A program made the position numbers and the translations under genes. Below the pieces are notes generated by a model. It was not told the DNA's origin, did no database searches, and saw only the letters and a list, made by a program, of their open reading frames with translations. This document shows, one piece after another, positions 26,910-35,509 of a stretch of DNA of 64,000 nt (the stretch's first letter is position 1; every line of letters begins with the position of its first letter). The stretch lies in assembly GCA_034420195.1 (NCBI GenBank), contig DAOULO010000052.1:323-64322 (forward strand), written 5' to 3'. Source of the DNA: Dehalococcoidales bacterium (GTDB lineage: Bacteria; Chloroflexota; Dehalococcoidia; Dehalococcoidales; RBG-16-60-22).

Positions 26910-27512
26910 TTGCGAGAGACGATTCTGAAGTATATTGAAGATGAGCTCAAGCCGCCTTTCCTGCTCATCACCTGCGGCCTGCCCGCCACGCTGAAGACGA
27001 CCGTGGCCGCGCACGTCGCCGGACTTAAAGGCTGTCAAGTCCTGAGTACCGATGCCGTCCGGCGGGAGCTGCTGCCGGAGGCGGACATTTTCAATGAAAA
27101 GGTCGCTGGCGACGCGGCCCAGCGCCACCGGGTCTACGAGGAGATGTTCCGCCGCGCCGAAAAGGAGTTGTCCGGGGAGGGTTGCCTCATCCTCGACGGC
27201 ACGTTTTATACCCGCACGCTGCGCCAGCAGGCGGCGGCCCTCGCCGCCGGCCACGGTAAGCCCCTCGTCATCCTGGAGACACGGTGCCCGCCGGAGGCGG
27301 CCCTGGCGCGTATCGCCGGGCGCACCCGGGAGGATACTGCCTCCAACGCCCTCACGGTGCGGGCCTACCGGGAAAACGAGCGGAGCTTCGAGCCGGTTGA
27401 TTTAGACGAACTGAAGCGCGATTATCCTGCCCTTGACATAATCCATCTGGTTGTGGATACCACGCAGGTCGAGCCGGAAAGCTGGCGCATTTTGAGCGAG
27501 GAGAAGGTATAG
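26910..27512 (+). CDS. P-loop kinase-like (AAA_33-type) protein with degenerate Walker A
   Basis: 200 aa with TTG start. LLITCGLPATLKTT sits where GxxxxGK[ST] is expected (second Gly replaced by Leu). Homologues are often fused to the preceding APH-like domain. Confidence 0.6.
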   Translation: MRETILKYIEDELKPPFLLITCGLPATLKTTVAAHVAGLKGCQVLSTDAVRRELLPEADIFNEKVAGDAAQRHRVYEEMFRRAEKELSGEGCLILDGTFYTRTLRQQAAALAAGHGKPLVILETRCPPEAALARIAGRTREDTASNALTVRAYRENERSFEPVDLDELKRDYPALDIIHLVVDTTQVEPESWRILSEEKV

Positions 27513-27513
27513 A

Positions 27514-27812
27514 GCCACCCCACCGCCCCATCAGAGTTATCTATTCCCACCCTGGCCACGCCTACGCCAAGGCTTCGGCGGGTAAACCGCCCTCATCATC
27601 CACGGCTTAGGCCGTAGTTTGCGCCCCGCCCTATGGGGTGTTTAAGAGGGGCGAAGCCCCTCTTCTAAAAAATAAATTCCCCCTCTCCAAACAGGATATC
27701 AAAGGCCTTTTCTGATGCCGAGTTTGGAGAGGCCTGCCTGCGCGTAGCCGCTTCGGCGAAGGCAGGGGGATAAAGGGGGAGAGGTAAAAAAACAGGTTGG
27801 GTGAAGCTAAGA
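27514..27812 (-). repeat. intergenic mosaic repeat, long copy with extra hairpin module
   Basis: Perfect core GTTATCTATTCCCACCC at 27536-27552, inserted hairpin, and GGCTTAGGCC at 27603. Then a second module (AAGAGGGG-CGAAG-CCCCTCTT 27644-27664, GGGGGATAAAGGGGGAGAGG) shared with 40676-40770. Confidence 0.85.
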
Positions 27813-27815
27813 AGC

Positions 27816-28325
27816 CTAAATATTCTCCCCCTGATAGACGCCGTTATACCCCTCGGTATCGCCGGAAAGCTCCATAAAGATAAGCTGCGTGATGCGGGCG
27901 TTGTGCTGCACGCGGAAGCCGCGCGGATTATAGACCACCAGCAGCGACTGTGAGCGCCCCTCGTAGCCGGCATCCCAGACGGCCGTGCCCACCGTCACGC
28001 CGCAGCGCAGCAGGCTGGAGCGGGGGCGGCCCAGCGCCATGATATTCTTGGGGAGGTGGACGACCTCGTTATAGCTGACGATGTAGATACCGGCCGGCAG
28101 GTCAATATATCCCAGCGCGTCGAAGACCAGCGGCGAGGTGTCAGAGACGACCCGCCCGGCGTTGTCGGCGGTAAGGCAGCCAGCCGACTGGGGCACGGCC
28201 ACATCGCGCAGGGTGAGGTCGAAGCCGTTGGCCTGAACTTGCGTCTCCAGGTCGAGCCAGCCCGCGACGAGGGGCGGGTCTTGCTCAATCAGGCGGCGGA
28301 TATCATGCCCGGAGAGGACGGCCAC
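27816..28325 (-). CDS. dCTP deaminase/dUTPase-family protein
   Basis: 169 aa; NGFDLTL and ALGRPRSSLLRCGV...WDAGYEGR pattern of the Dcd/Dut trimeric family. Confidence 0.75.
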   Translation of the reverse strand: MAVLSGHDIRRLIEQDPPLVAGWLDLETQVQANGFDLTLRDVAVPQSAGCLTADNAGRVVSDTSPLVFDALGYIDLPAGIYIVSYNEVVHLPKNIMALGRPRSSLLRCGVTVGTAVWDAGYEGRSQSLLVVYNPRGFRVQHNARITQLIFMELSGDTEGYNGVYQGENI

Positions 28326-28344
28326 AGGCTATTCCCCCTTTCCT

Positions 28345-29115
28345 CTATTTGGTCAGGCGCCGCCGCATCGTCACCAGGGAGAGGGAGAAGAAGACGACGA
28401 TGTAGCCGACGATAACGGCCAGCGAGGCGAGCAGCTCCCAGTTGAACTCCCCCCGGAAGATGGCACGGTTGAGCTCCACAGCCGGCGTCAGCGGGATGAA
28501 CCGGCTGATTTTCTCCAGAATGGCCGGGAACGAGTCCAGCGGGAAGAAGACCCCCGCCAGGAAGAACATGGGGCTGATGAAGAGGGTGAAATAGTAGTTG
28601 AAGGTATAGATGGACGGCACGATGGAGGTATAAAAGATAGATATAGAGGCAAACATGATGCCTTCCAGCAGGGCCACCAGCGGGATGAGCAGCGCCCACC
28701 ACGACGGTACCAGCCCGAAGCCGGCGGCCACCGCCAGCACCACCGAGCCGGTCATCGCCGAGCGGGTGGCCCCCCAGAAGATTTCCCCGGCGGTGAGGTC
28801 TTCCACGTTGAGGGGGGTGGCCAGGATGGCGTCGAAGGTGTACTGGTGCTCCATGCGGAAGTAGCTGCCGTAGGTGCACTCGAAGGAGGCGCTGAACATG
28901 GCGTAGGCGGCGATGACGCCGGGGGCGATAAACTCGATGTAGCGCTGGCCGTCGACATTCTCGCCGATCAGGCCGCCCATGCCGATGCCGAAGGCGATGA
29001 GGAGGATAATCGGCTCAATGACCGAGGCCGGGGCCTCCGAGTGCCAGAGACGGAAGAAGACGTCCCGGTTGCGCTGCCAGACGCGGTAAAAACGCCAGGT
29101 AAAGCCCCGTATCAT
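28345..29115 (-). CDS. ABC-2 type transporter permease
   Basis: 256 aa with six hydrophobic segments. 4-nt overlap with the ATPase gene. Confidence 0.8.
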   Translation of the reverse strand: MIRGFTWRFYRVWQRNRDVFFRLWHSEAPASVIEPIILLIAFGIGMGGLIGENVDGQRYIEFIAPGVIAAYAMFSASFECTYGSYFRMEHQYTFDAILATPLNVEDLTAGEIFWGATRSAMTGSVVLAVAAGFGLVPSWWALLIPLVALLEGIMFASISIFYTSIVPSIYTFNYYFTLFISPMFFLAGVFFPLDSFPAILEKISRFIPLTPAVELNRAIFRGEFNWELLASLAVIVGYIVVFFSLSLVTMRRRLTK

Positions 29116-30002
29116 TCCAGCGACCTCCCGGTGAGCTTGAAGAAGACGTCCTCCAGGGTGGCCTCCCGCGTGTAACCGGGCAGACCGGCCACGGCCGCGT
29201 CGGTAAAGTTGAAGATATAAATCGTGTCCGCCGCCTCCTCGAACTCAAGCTGACGCTTTTCCAGCTCGGCGACGAGTTTATCGCGCTCCTCGGGCATAAA
29301 GTCTATCTCCCATATCCGCTTCCCGATGTGCTCGGTCACCAGCTCGCGGGGGCGCCCGGTGACGATGACCCGGCCCTGGTTCATGATGGCCACGCGCTGG
29401 CAGAGGTAGGTCGCCTCGTCCATGTTCTGGGTGCAGAGGAGCAGGGTCACGCCGCGGGCCCTGAGCTCGCGGAGCCGCCGCCAGACCATGTGCTTGGCCT
29501 GGGGGTCGAGGCCGATAGAAGGCTCGTCCAGGATGAGGATGCGGGGGTTATTGATGAGCCCCCGCCCGATGAGCAGGCGGCGCTTCATGCCGCCGGAAAG
29601 CTCGTCTATCTTACTTGTCCGCTTCTCCTCGAGCTGCATCGCCCGGAGAATCTCGGCGGCCCTCTCGCGGGCCACGGCCTTGGGGATGGCGAAGTAGCGG
29701 GCGAAGGTCATCAGGTTCTGGATGACGTTGATGTCTTCGTCCAGGTTGTCTATCTGGGGCACCACCCCCAGGATGGCCTTTACCTGGCGCGGCGACTTGG
29801 CGACGTCCATACCGGCCACCTCGATTTCGCCGTGCGTCGGCGGCGAGACGGCCGTTATCATGCGGATGAGCGAGGTCTTGCCGGCGCCGTTGGGCCCCAG
29901 CAGGCCGAAGCACTCGCCCTCCTCAATGGACAGGCTGACGTCGTCAACCGCCACGAGTTCTCTGAAGCGTTTGGTTAGATTGGTGGTTTTGATGATGGCC
30001 AT
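29112..30002 (-). CDS. ABC transporter ATP-binding protein
   Basis: Walker A GPNGAGKTS, signature LSGGMKRR, Walker B ILILDEPS. Start at ATG 30002 (MAIIKTTNL). Confidence 0.9.
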   Translation of the reverse strand: MAIIKTTNLTKRFRELVAVDDVSLSIEEGECFGLLGPNGAGKTSLIRMITAVSPPTHGEIEVAGMDVAKSPRQVKAILGVVPQIDNLDEDINVIQNLMTFARYFAIPKAVARERAAEILRAMQLEEKRTSKIDELSGGMKRRLLIGRGLINNPRILILDEPSIGLDPQAKHMVWRRLRELRARGVTLLLCTQNMDEATYLCQRVAIMNQGRVIVTGRPRELVTEHIGKRIWEIDFMPEERDKLVAELEKRQLEFEEAADTIYIFNFTDAAVAGLPGYTREATLEDVFFKLTGRSLE

Positions 30003-30191
30003 GGTAGAGGCTCGCCAATGGGGTGCCCCACTATCATAGCAGATTTGGAGTGCCCCCACAATGGATTTGCCGGGTTTTTCAGGGGGAAATTTGCTTGAAT
30101 TCCTGCCCCGGGGGATTTGCCGAAAGGGCCGCCATTGTGGTAAGATTACTCGGTAAAATCACCCGCCCTGGTATTTTAGTCCAATATACTG

Positions 30192-31004
30192 ATGTTAGTC
30201 GTCGCCTGCGTCAAGCAAGTCCCGGACACCACCCAGGTCAAGGTAGACCCGGTGACCGGCACCCTTATCCGGGAAGGCGTCCCCTTCATCATGAACCCCT
30301 ACGATACCCACGCCCTCGAGGAGAGCCTGCGTCTTAAAGATAAATACGGCTTCCGTGTGGCCGTCATCTCCATGGGCCCGCCCAGCGCCGAGGTTACCCT
30401 GCGCAAGACCCAGGCCCTGGGCGCCGACGCGGCCATTCTCCTCTCCGACCGTGTCTTCGGCGGGGCCGATACCCTGGCCACCAGCAAGGTGCTCACCGAG
30501 GCCATCCGCAAGCTGGCGCAAAAAGAAGAATTGGCCGCCGTCATCTGCGGCCGCCAGACCATCGACGGCGATACCGCCCAGGTGGGCCCCGGCATCGCCA
30601 CGCGGCTGGGCTGCACCCAGCTGACCCTGGTCGACCGCATCGAGGCGGTGGACGTGAAAGCCAAGACCATCAAAGTCCGGCGCAAGCTGGAAGGGCGGCA
30701 CGAAATCGTTGAGGCGCCCCTGCCGGCCATGGTGGCCGTGCTGCGCGAAATCAACACCCCCCGCTACCCCACCGTGCCGATGCGCTTGTTCGCTGAGGAC
30801 GCCGCCATCACCCTCTGGGATAATAAGGCGATGGGCATTGACGAGCAGCTCATTGGCCTCAAGGGATCGGCGACACAGGTACGCAAGATATTCTCGCCGG
30901 AGCGCGCCAAGGGCGAAATCATCGGCCACGAGACCGATAAGCCCGAGGACGTCGCCCGCTCCTTAATCGAGAGAATGATAGAAAAGGACTTGCTGTCCTT
31001 ATAA
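30192..31004 (+). CDS. etfB: electron transfer flavoprotein, beta subunit
   Basis: MLVVACVKQVPDT N-terminus; 270 aa. Confidence 0.9.
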   Translation: MLVVACVKQVPDTTQVKVDPVTGTLIREGVPFIMNPYDTHALEESLRLKDKYGFRVAVISMGPPSAEVTLRKTQALGADAAILLSDRVFGGADTLATSKVLTEAIRKLAQKEELAAVICGRQTIDGDTAQVGPGIATRLGCTQLTLVDRIEAVDVKAKTIKVRRKLEGRHEIVEAPLPAMVAVLREINTPRYPTVPMRLFAEDAAITLWDNKAMGIDEQLIGLKGSATQVRKIFSPERAKGEIIGHETDKPEDVARSLIERMIEKDLLSL

Positions 31005-31027
31005 AGAAAGGATAAGACCCGCTTTCA

Positions 31028-32368
31028 ATGGCAGAGCCTCAGAAGATGAAGCGACCCCGCGGCGAGGCCCGGCTGATACCCGGCAAGTGCATCGCCTGCG
31101 GCGCCCGCTGCGAGAGCGAGTGCCCCAAGGGCGCTATCACCATGAACGAGAAGGGCGAGCCCATCATCAACCTGGAGCTCTGCACCCGCTGCCGCCGCTG
31201 CGTCAAGGTCTGCCCCGCCGAGGCCCTCGAGATTTACTACACCCCGGAGGAGCAGAAAATCCTCGACGAGTTGGCCAAGCAGAAGGCCGCCGCCCCGGCA
31301 CCGGAGGCCGAGGCCGCCAAGCCCGACCCCCGTCTGGAGAAGCTCAAGGAATATAAGGGCGTCTGGGTCTTCATCGAGCACACCGAGGGCCAGCCCGCCG
31401 GGGTCTCCTGGGAGCTATTAGGTGTCGGTGCCGAGCTGGCTAAGAAGCGCGGCGTCGAGCTCTGCTCCGTCTGCATCGGCGACAAGGTGGAACACCTCGC
31501 CAAGGAGGCCTTCGCCTACGGGGCGGCCAAGGTCTATCTCGTCGACGACCCCGTCTTTCATTATTACCGCACCGAATCGTATTACAAGGCCTGCTGCCAC
31601 CTGGTGGAGAAATACAAGCCGGAGATTGTCCTCATCGGGGCCACCGGGCTGGGCCGCGACCTGGCCGGGGCTATCGCCACCAGCCTCCAGACCGGCCTCA
31701 CCGCCGACTGCACCGGCCTGGCCATCGACGACGCGGGCTTTCTGTTACAGACGCGCCCGGCCTTCGGCGGCAACATCATGGCCACCATTTTGACCGAGTA
31801 CACCCGCCCCCAGATGGCCACGGTGCGCCCCCACGTCATGCCGCTGCCCCCCCGCGACGACAAGCTCAAGGGCGAGATTATCCGCGAGACCGTCCCCGTC
31901 AAGGAAAAGGACGTCGCCGCCAAGGTGCTGGAAATCATCGCGGACGAGAAGCTGGAGGCCGTTGACGTAGCGGCGGCGGAGATTATTATCTCCGGCGGGC
32001 GGGGCATGTGCAACGCCGAGAACTACGCCATCCTGCAGGAGCTGGCCGACGAGCTGGGTGGGGCGGTGGCCTGCTCGCGCGCCGCCGTCGAGGCGGGCTG
32101 GATGCCGCTGGAGCGGCAGGTCGGCCAGACGGGCAAGACGGTCAGACCCAAGATTTACATTGCCTGCGGTATTTCCGGGGCTATTCAGCACCTGGTGGGG
32201 ATGCAGGACTCGGACACCATCATCGCCATCAACCGCGATAAGCAGGCCCCCATCTTTGAGGTGGCCACCTTCGGCATCGTCGGCGACCTCTTCCAGGTTG
32301 TTCCGGCCATCACGAATTATGTCCGGGCCTTAAAGGCCAAGAAGGCGGGCGCGGCCGCGGTCAAATAA
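31028..32368 (+). CDS. etfA: electron transfer flavoprotein, alpha subunit with N-terminal 2x[4Fe-4S] ferredoxin domain
   Basis: [13 protein letters not shown] and [12 protein letters not shown] motifs, followed by the EtfA core ([14 protein letters not shown] region). Confidence 0.9.
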   Translation: MAEPQKMKRPRGEARLIPGKCIACGARCESECPKGAITMNEKGEPIINLELCTRCRRCVKVCPAEALEIYYTPEEQKILDELAKQKAAAPAPEAEAAKPDPRLEKLKEYKGVWVFIEHTEGQPAGVSWELLGVGAELAKKRGVELCSVCIGDKVEHLAKEAFAYGAAKVYLVDDPVFHYYRTESYYKACCHLVEKYKPEIVLIGATGLGRDLAGAIATSLQTGLTADCTGLAIDDAGFLLQTRPAFGGNIMATILTEYTRPQMATVRPHVMPLPPRDDKLKGEIIRETVPVKEKDVAAKVLEIIADEKLEAVDVAAAEIIISGGRGMCNAENYAILQELADELGGAVACSRAAVEAGWMPLERQVGQTGKTVRPKIYIACGISGAIQHLVGMQDSDTIIAINRDKQAPIFEVATFGIVGDLFQVVPAITNYVRALKAKKAGAAAVK

Positions 32369-32389
32369 TGCTGTGAGGAATAAGATATT

Positions 32390-34360
32390 TTGACAGCCAA
32401 CCTAATCGCCTTTATCTGCGTCCTGGTGGTGGCTCTCCTCCTCTTCGGCTGGAATAGCTACCGGCGTTTCGGGCTGATTGCCAGGGGCCGACCGGACAAC
32501 CGGTTCAATGCCATCCCTAAGCGTCTCGGGAACATGCTGTTTTACGCCGTCGGGCAGCGACGGGTGGCTACCAGGAAGTATCTTTTTGGCCTGAACCACG
32601 TTATCTTCCACCTCTTTTTCTGGATTATCGTCATTACCAGCATTGAGATTCTGCTGAGCCACCTGTTTCCGGGCGTCGGTTTCTCCAGTCTGCCGGCCGG
32701 GGCCTATCATGTCCTGGCCTTCATCTTTGACCTGGTCTGGGTTCTCATTCTGGTAAGCATCGTCATTGCCCTGATACGGCGGGCCGCCTTTCGCCCCGCC
32801 CACGTGCTGCCGATAGAGCCTAATGCCTTAATCACCATGGGCTTATTCGTGCTGCTCTTTATCGGCTTTTTTGGAATTCATGCCAGCGAGATTGCCCGGG
32901 GGGTGGAAAGCGCGGCTCAATACATGCCGGTATCCAACTCTATCGCCGATGCTTTATTCCCTAGCACTGCCGCGGCCAATCCGGCCTGGTATACCAACCT
33001 CTTCTGGTGGATTTTCGCCATCACACTGCTTGGTTTCCTCAATTATCTGGCGGTGACCAAGCACATGCATATTGTTACCGCCATTCCTAACTGCTTTTTT
33101 AAGAGCCTGGAAAAGGTTAAGACCCAGCCCCGCGAGGAGTTCAAAAAGGGCCATAGCTTCGGCGTCGGGCAGGTGGAGCAGTTCACCTGGAAGGGGCTGT
33201 TCGACTCCTACGCCTGCACCGATTGCGGGCGCTGCTCGGACGCCTGCCCGGCCACCGCTACCGGCAAGCCCCTGGAGCCGCGCCTGGTCATTCACGATAT
33301 TAAGTTGAACCTGCTGGCCAGCCGGAATAAGGACGGCAAGTCGCCCCTGCCCCTTATCGGCGGGGAGGGCGAAGGCTCCGTCGCCGAAGAAGTGCTCTGG
33401 GAATGCACCACCTGCGGCGCCTGCATGGAGGTCTGCCCCGTCTTCATCGAGCACGTCCCCCGCATCGTGGACATGCGCCGCCACCTGGTGGAGATGAAAG
33501 CCAAGTTCCCCGAAGAACTGCTTACCCTCTTCGAGAACATGGAGCAGCGCTCTAACCCTTGGGGCATCGCCCCGGCGGAGCGCACCAAGTGGGCGGCGGA
33601 TACCGAGGTCAAGCCCTTCGAGGCCGGCCAGACGGAGTACCTCTTCTACGTGGGCTGCGCCGGCGCCTTCGACGCCCGTAACCGCCACACCACCCTCGCC
33701 ATCGCCAGAATAATGGATGCCGCCGGTATCTCCTGGGGCATCCTGGGGCGGGACGAGCCCTGCTGCGGCGACAGCCTGCGCCGCCTGGGTAACGAGTATA
33801 TCTTCGATAAGATGGCGCAGGACAACATCAAGCTGTTCAACGAGAAAGGCGTCACCAAGATTATCACCCAGTGCCCCCACTGCTTTAGCACCTTCAAGAA
33901 CGATTACCAGCAGTACGGGGCGAATTTAGAGGTCGTCCATCACGCCGAGTTGATTGATAATTTAATCCAGCAGGGCCGGCTCAAGCTCAGGCCGCAGGCG
34001 GCGGGCAATATCGTCTTTCACGACTCCTGCTACCTGGGCCGCTACAACCAGATTTACGACGCCCCGCGCCGCGTGCTGGCCGCCGCCACCGGGCAGGCCC
34101 CGGCGGAGATGGCGCGGCGGCGCGCCAGCGGCTTCTGCTGCGGGGCCGGCGGCGGGCGGATGTGGATGGAGGAGCAGGAGGGCACCCTCATCAACGTGGC
34201 CCGTGTCGAGGAGGCCCTGGCCGAGCGGCCGGACGCCGTCTGCGTCGGCTGCCCCTACTGCATGACGATGTTCGAAGACGGCCTCAAGGACAAAGAGGCC
34301 ACCGACAAGGTGTCTGTTTTTGACCTGGCCGAAATCGTGGCCCGGGGGCTGGAGGATTAA
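32390..34360 (+). CDS. membrane-bound Fe-S oxidoreductase (HdrD/GlpC-like with two CCG domains); candidate ETF:quinone oxidoreductase
   Basis: 656 aa with TTG start. About 230-aa N-terminal polytopic membrane domain, CTDCGRCSDACP plus CTTCGACMEVCP ferredoxin motifs, and two Cys-rich CCG-type repeats (YVGCAG...CPHC; HDSCYLGRY...CCGAGGG...GCPYC). Confidence 0.8.
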   Translation: MTANLIAFICVLVVALLLFGWNSYRRFGLIARGRPDNRFNAIPKRLGNMLFYAVGQRRVATRKYLFGLNHVIFHLFFWIIVITSIEILLSHLFPGVGFSSLPAGAYHVLAFIFDLVWVLILVSIVIALIRRAAFRPAHVLPIEPNALITMGLFVLLFIGFFGIHASEIARGVESAAQYMPVSNSIADALFPSTAAANPAWYTNLFWWIFAITLLGFLNYLAVTKHMHIVTAIPNCFFKSLEKVKTQPREEFKKGHSFGVGQVEQFTWKGLFDSYACTDCGRCSDACPATATGKPLEPRLVIHDIKLNLLASRNKDGKSPLPLIGGEGEGSVAEEVLWECTTCGACMEVCPVFIEHVPRIVDMRRHLVEMKAKFPEELLTLFENMEQRSNPWGIAPAERTKWAADTEVKPFEAGQTEYLFYVGCAGAFDARNRHTTLAIARIMDAAGISWGILGRDEPCCGDSLRRLGNEYIFDKMAQDNIKLFNEKGVTKIITQCPHCFSTFKNDYQQYGANLEVVHHAELIDNLIQQGRLKLRPQAAGNIVFHDSCYLGRYNQIYDAPRRVLAAATGQAPAEMARRRASGFCCGAGGGRMWMEEQEGTLINVARVEEALAERPDAVCVGCPYCMTMFEDGLKDKEATDKVSVFDLAEIVARGLED

Positions 34361-34370
34361 GCGGCGGGGC

Positions 34371-34399
34371 TGGACTTATCCCCGGCCCCGTAATATAAT
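34371..34399 (+). promoter_or_regulatory. sigma70-like promoter (TGGACT-N17-TATAAT) for the hydrogenase-metVF operon
   Basis: TGGACT 34371-34376, 17-nt spacer, TATAAT 34394-34399. Implies a 5' leader of about 210 nt. Confidence 0.45.
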
Positions 34400-34618
34400 A
34401 ACGAGTGGGAATATCGCCACAGCCCTGAGGCTAGTGGCTATCTACGCGGTAGCAACACCCCGGCAACATCGCGCCGCGTACTAGTGGGAGCCCGGAACTT
34501 ATTGGAACTCTCTAGCGCGCCAGTCAGCCGCCCGTCCGGTAGGCCCATTTCCTGTTTTGACCAGTGTGAACGGGTCGGCGCGTGAATATCGCCAGAACGA
34601 AGAAAGGAGCTGGACCTG

Positions 34619-35509
34619 ATGGTTAAGGAACTTCCCGTTGTCTACCTCCAAACGGCCGCCTGTAGCGGCTGTGCCGTATCGCTGCTGAACACGGCCAGTC
34701 CCACCATTAAAAACGTCCTCATCGACCAGATTGCCCCCGGCGTGCACATCAACCTGCGCTTCCACCCGGTCATTATGGCCGCCGCCGGCGAGCTGGCCAT
34801 CGAGGCGCTGGAGGGCACCGCCCGGGAGAAAAAGGGCGAGTACGTCCTCGTCGTCGATGGGGCCGTCCCCACCGCCGAGGCCGTTTACGGGGCCGTCGGC
34901 GAGCGCAATGGCCAGCCGGTGACGATGCTGCAGCGGGTTATTGAATTAAGCCAGGACGCCCTGGCCGTCATCGCCCTGGGCACCTGCGCCTCCTTCGGCG
35001 GCATACCGGCGGCCAAGCCCAACCCCACCCAGGCCCAGCCGGTGAGCCAGGTGCTGGCCGGTAAGGGCATCAAGAAGCCACTCATCAACATCCCCGGCTG
35101 CCCGCCCCACCCCGACTGGTTCGTGGGGACGGTGGCGGGGATTATTCTTAATGGCCTGCCCACCGCCGACGACCTGGACGACCTGCTCCGCCCCAAGGCC
35201 TTCTACGGCAAGCTCATCCACGAGAACTGCCCCCGCCGCGCCTACTTCGACGAGGGCAAGTTCGCCCAGAAATTCGGCGACGAGGGCTGCCTCTACGAGC
35301 TGGGCTGCAAGGGGCCCATCACCTACGCCGACTGCCCCCTGCGGCGCTGGAACAGCGGCACCAACTGGGTCATCGGGGCCGGGGCGCCCTGCAACGGCTG
35401 CACCCAGCCCGAATTCCCCGACGACACGGCGCCCTTCTACGAGAAGCTCGTCGACGTGGAGCTGCCCGTGGTCGGTGCCTACTGGGCCAACAAGGAGGAG
35501 AAGAAGTAA
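34619..35509 (+). CDS. [NiFe]-hydrogenase small subunit, no Tat signal (cytoplasmic)
   Basis: CSGC...GTCASFGG...PGCPPHP proximal-cluster Cys, then HENCP, GCLYELGCKGP, DCP and PCNGC (10 Cys + 1 His in total). The N-terminus MVKELPVVYLQ lacks RRxF. Confidence 0.9.
   Translation: MVKELPVVYLQTAACSGCAVSLLNTASPTIKNVLIDQIAPGVHINLRFHPVIMAAAGELAIEALEGTAREKKGEYVLVVDGAVPTAEAVYGAVGERNGQPVTMLQRVIELSQDALAVIALGTCASFGGIPAAKPNPTQAQPVSQVLAGKGIKKPLINIPGCPPHPDWFVGTVAGIILNGLPTADDLDDLLRPKAFYGKLIHENCPRRAYFDEGKFAQKFGDEGCLYELGCKGPITYADCPLRRWNSGTNWVIGAGAPCNGCTQPEFPDDTAPFYEKLVDVELPVVGAYWANKEEKK

Noticed and set aside
34400-34618. SRP RNA, THF riboswitch or NiCo riboswitch in the hydrogenase leader.
   Set aside because: I could not find the conserved SRP domain IV sequence (GGAA tetraloop with AGCA/GGAA symmetric loop) or the conserved THF/NiCo cores. 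It is kept only as an unclassified structured leader.
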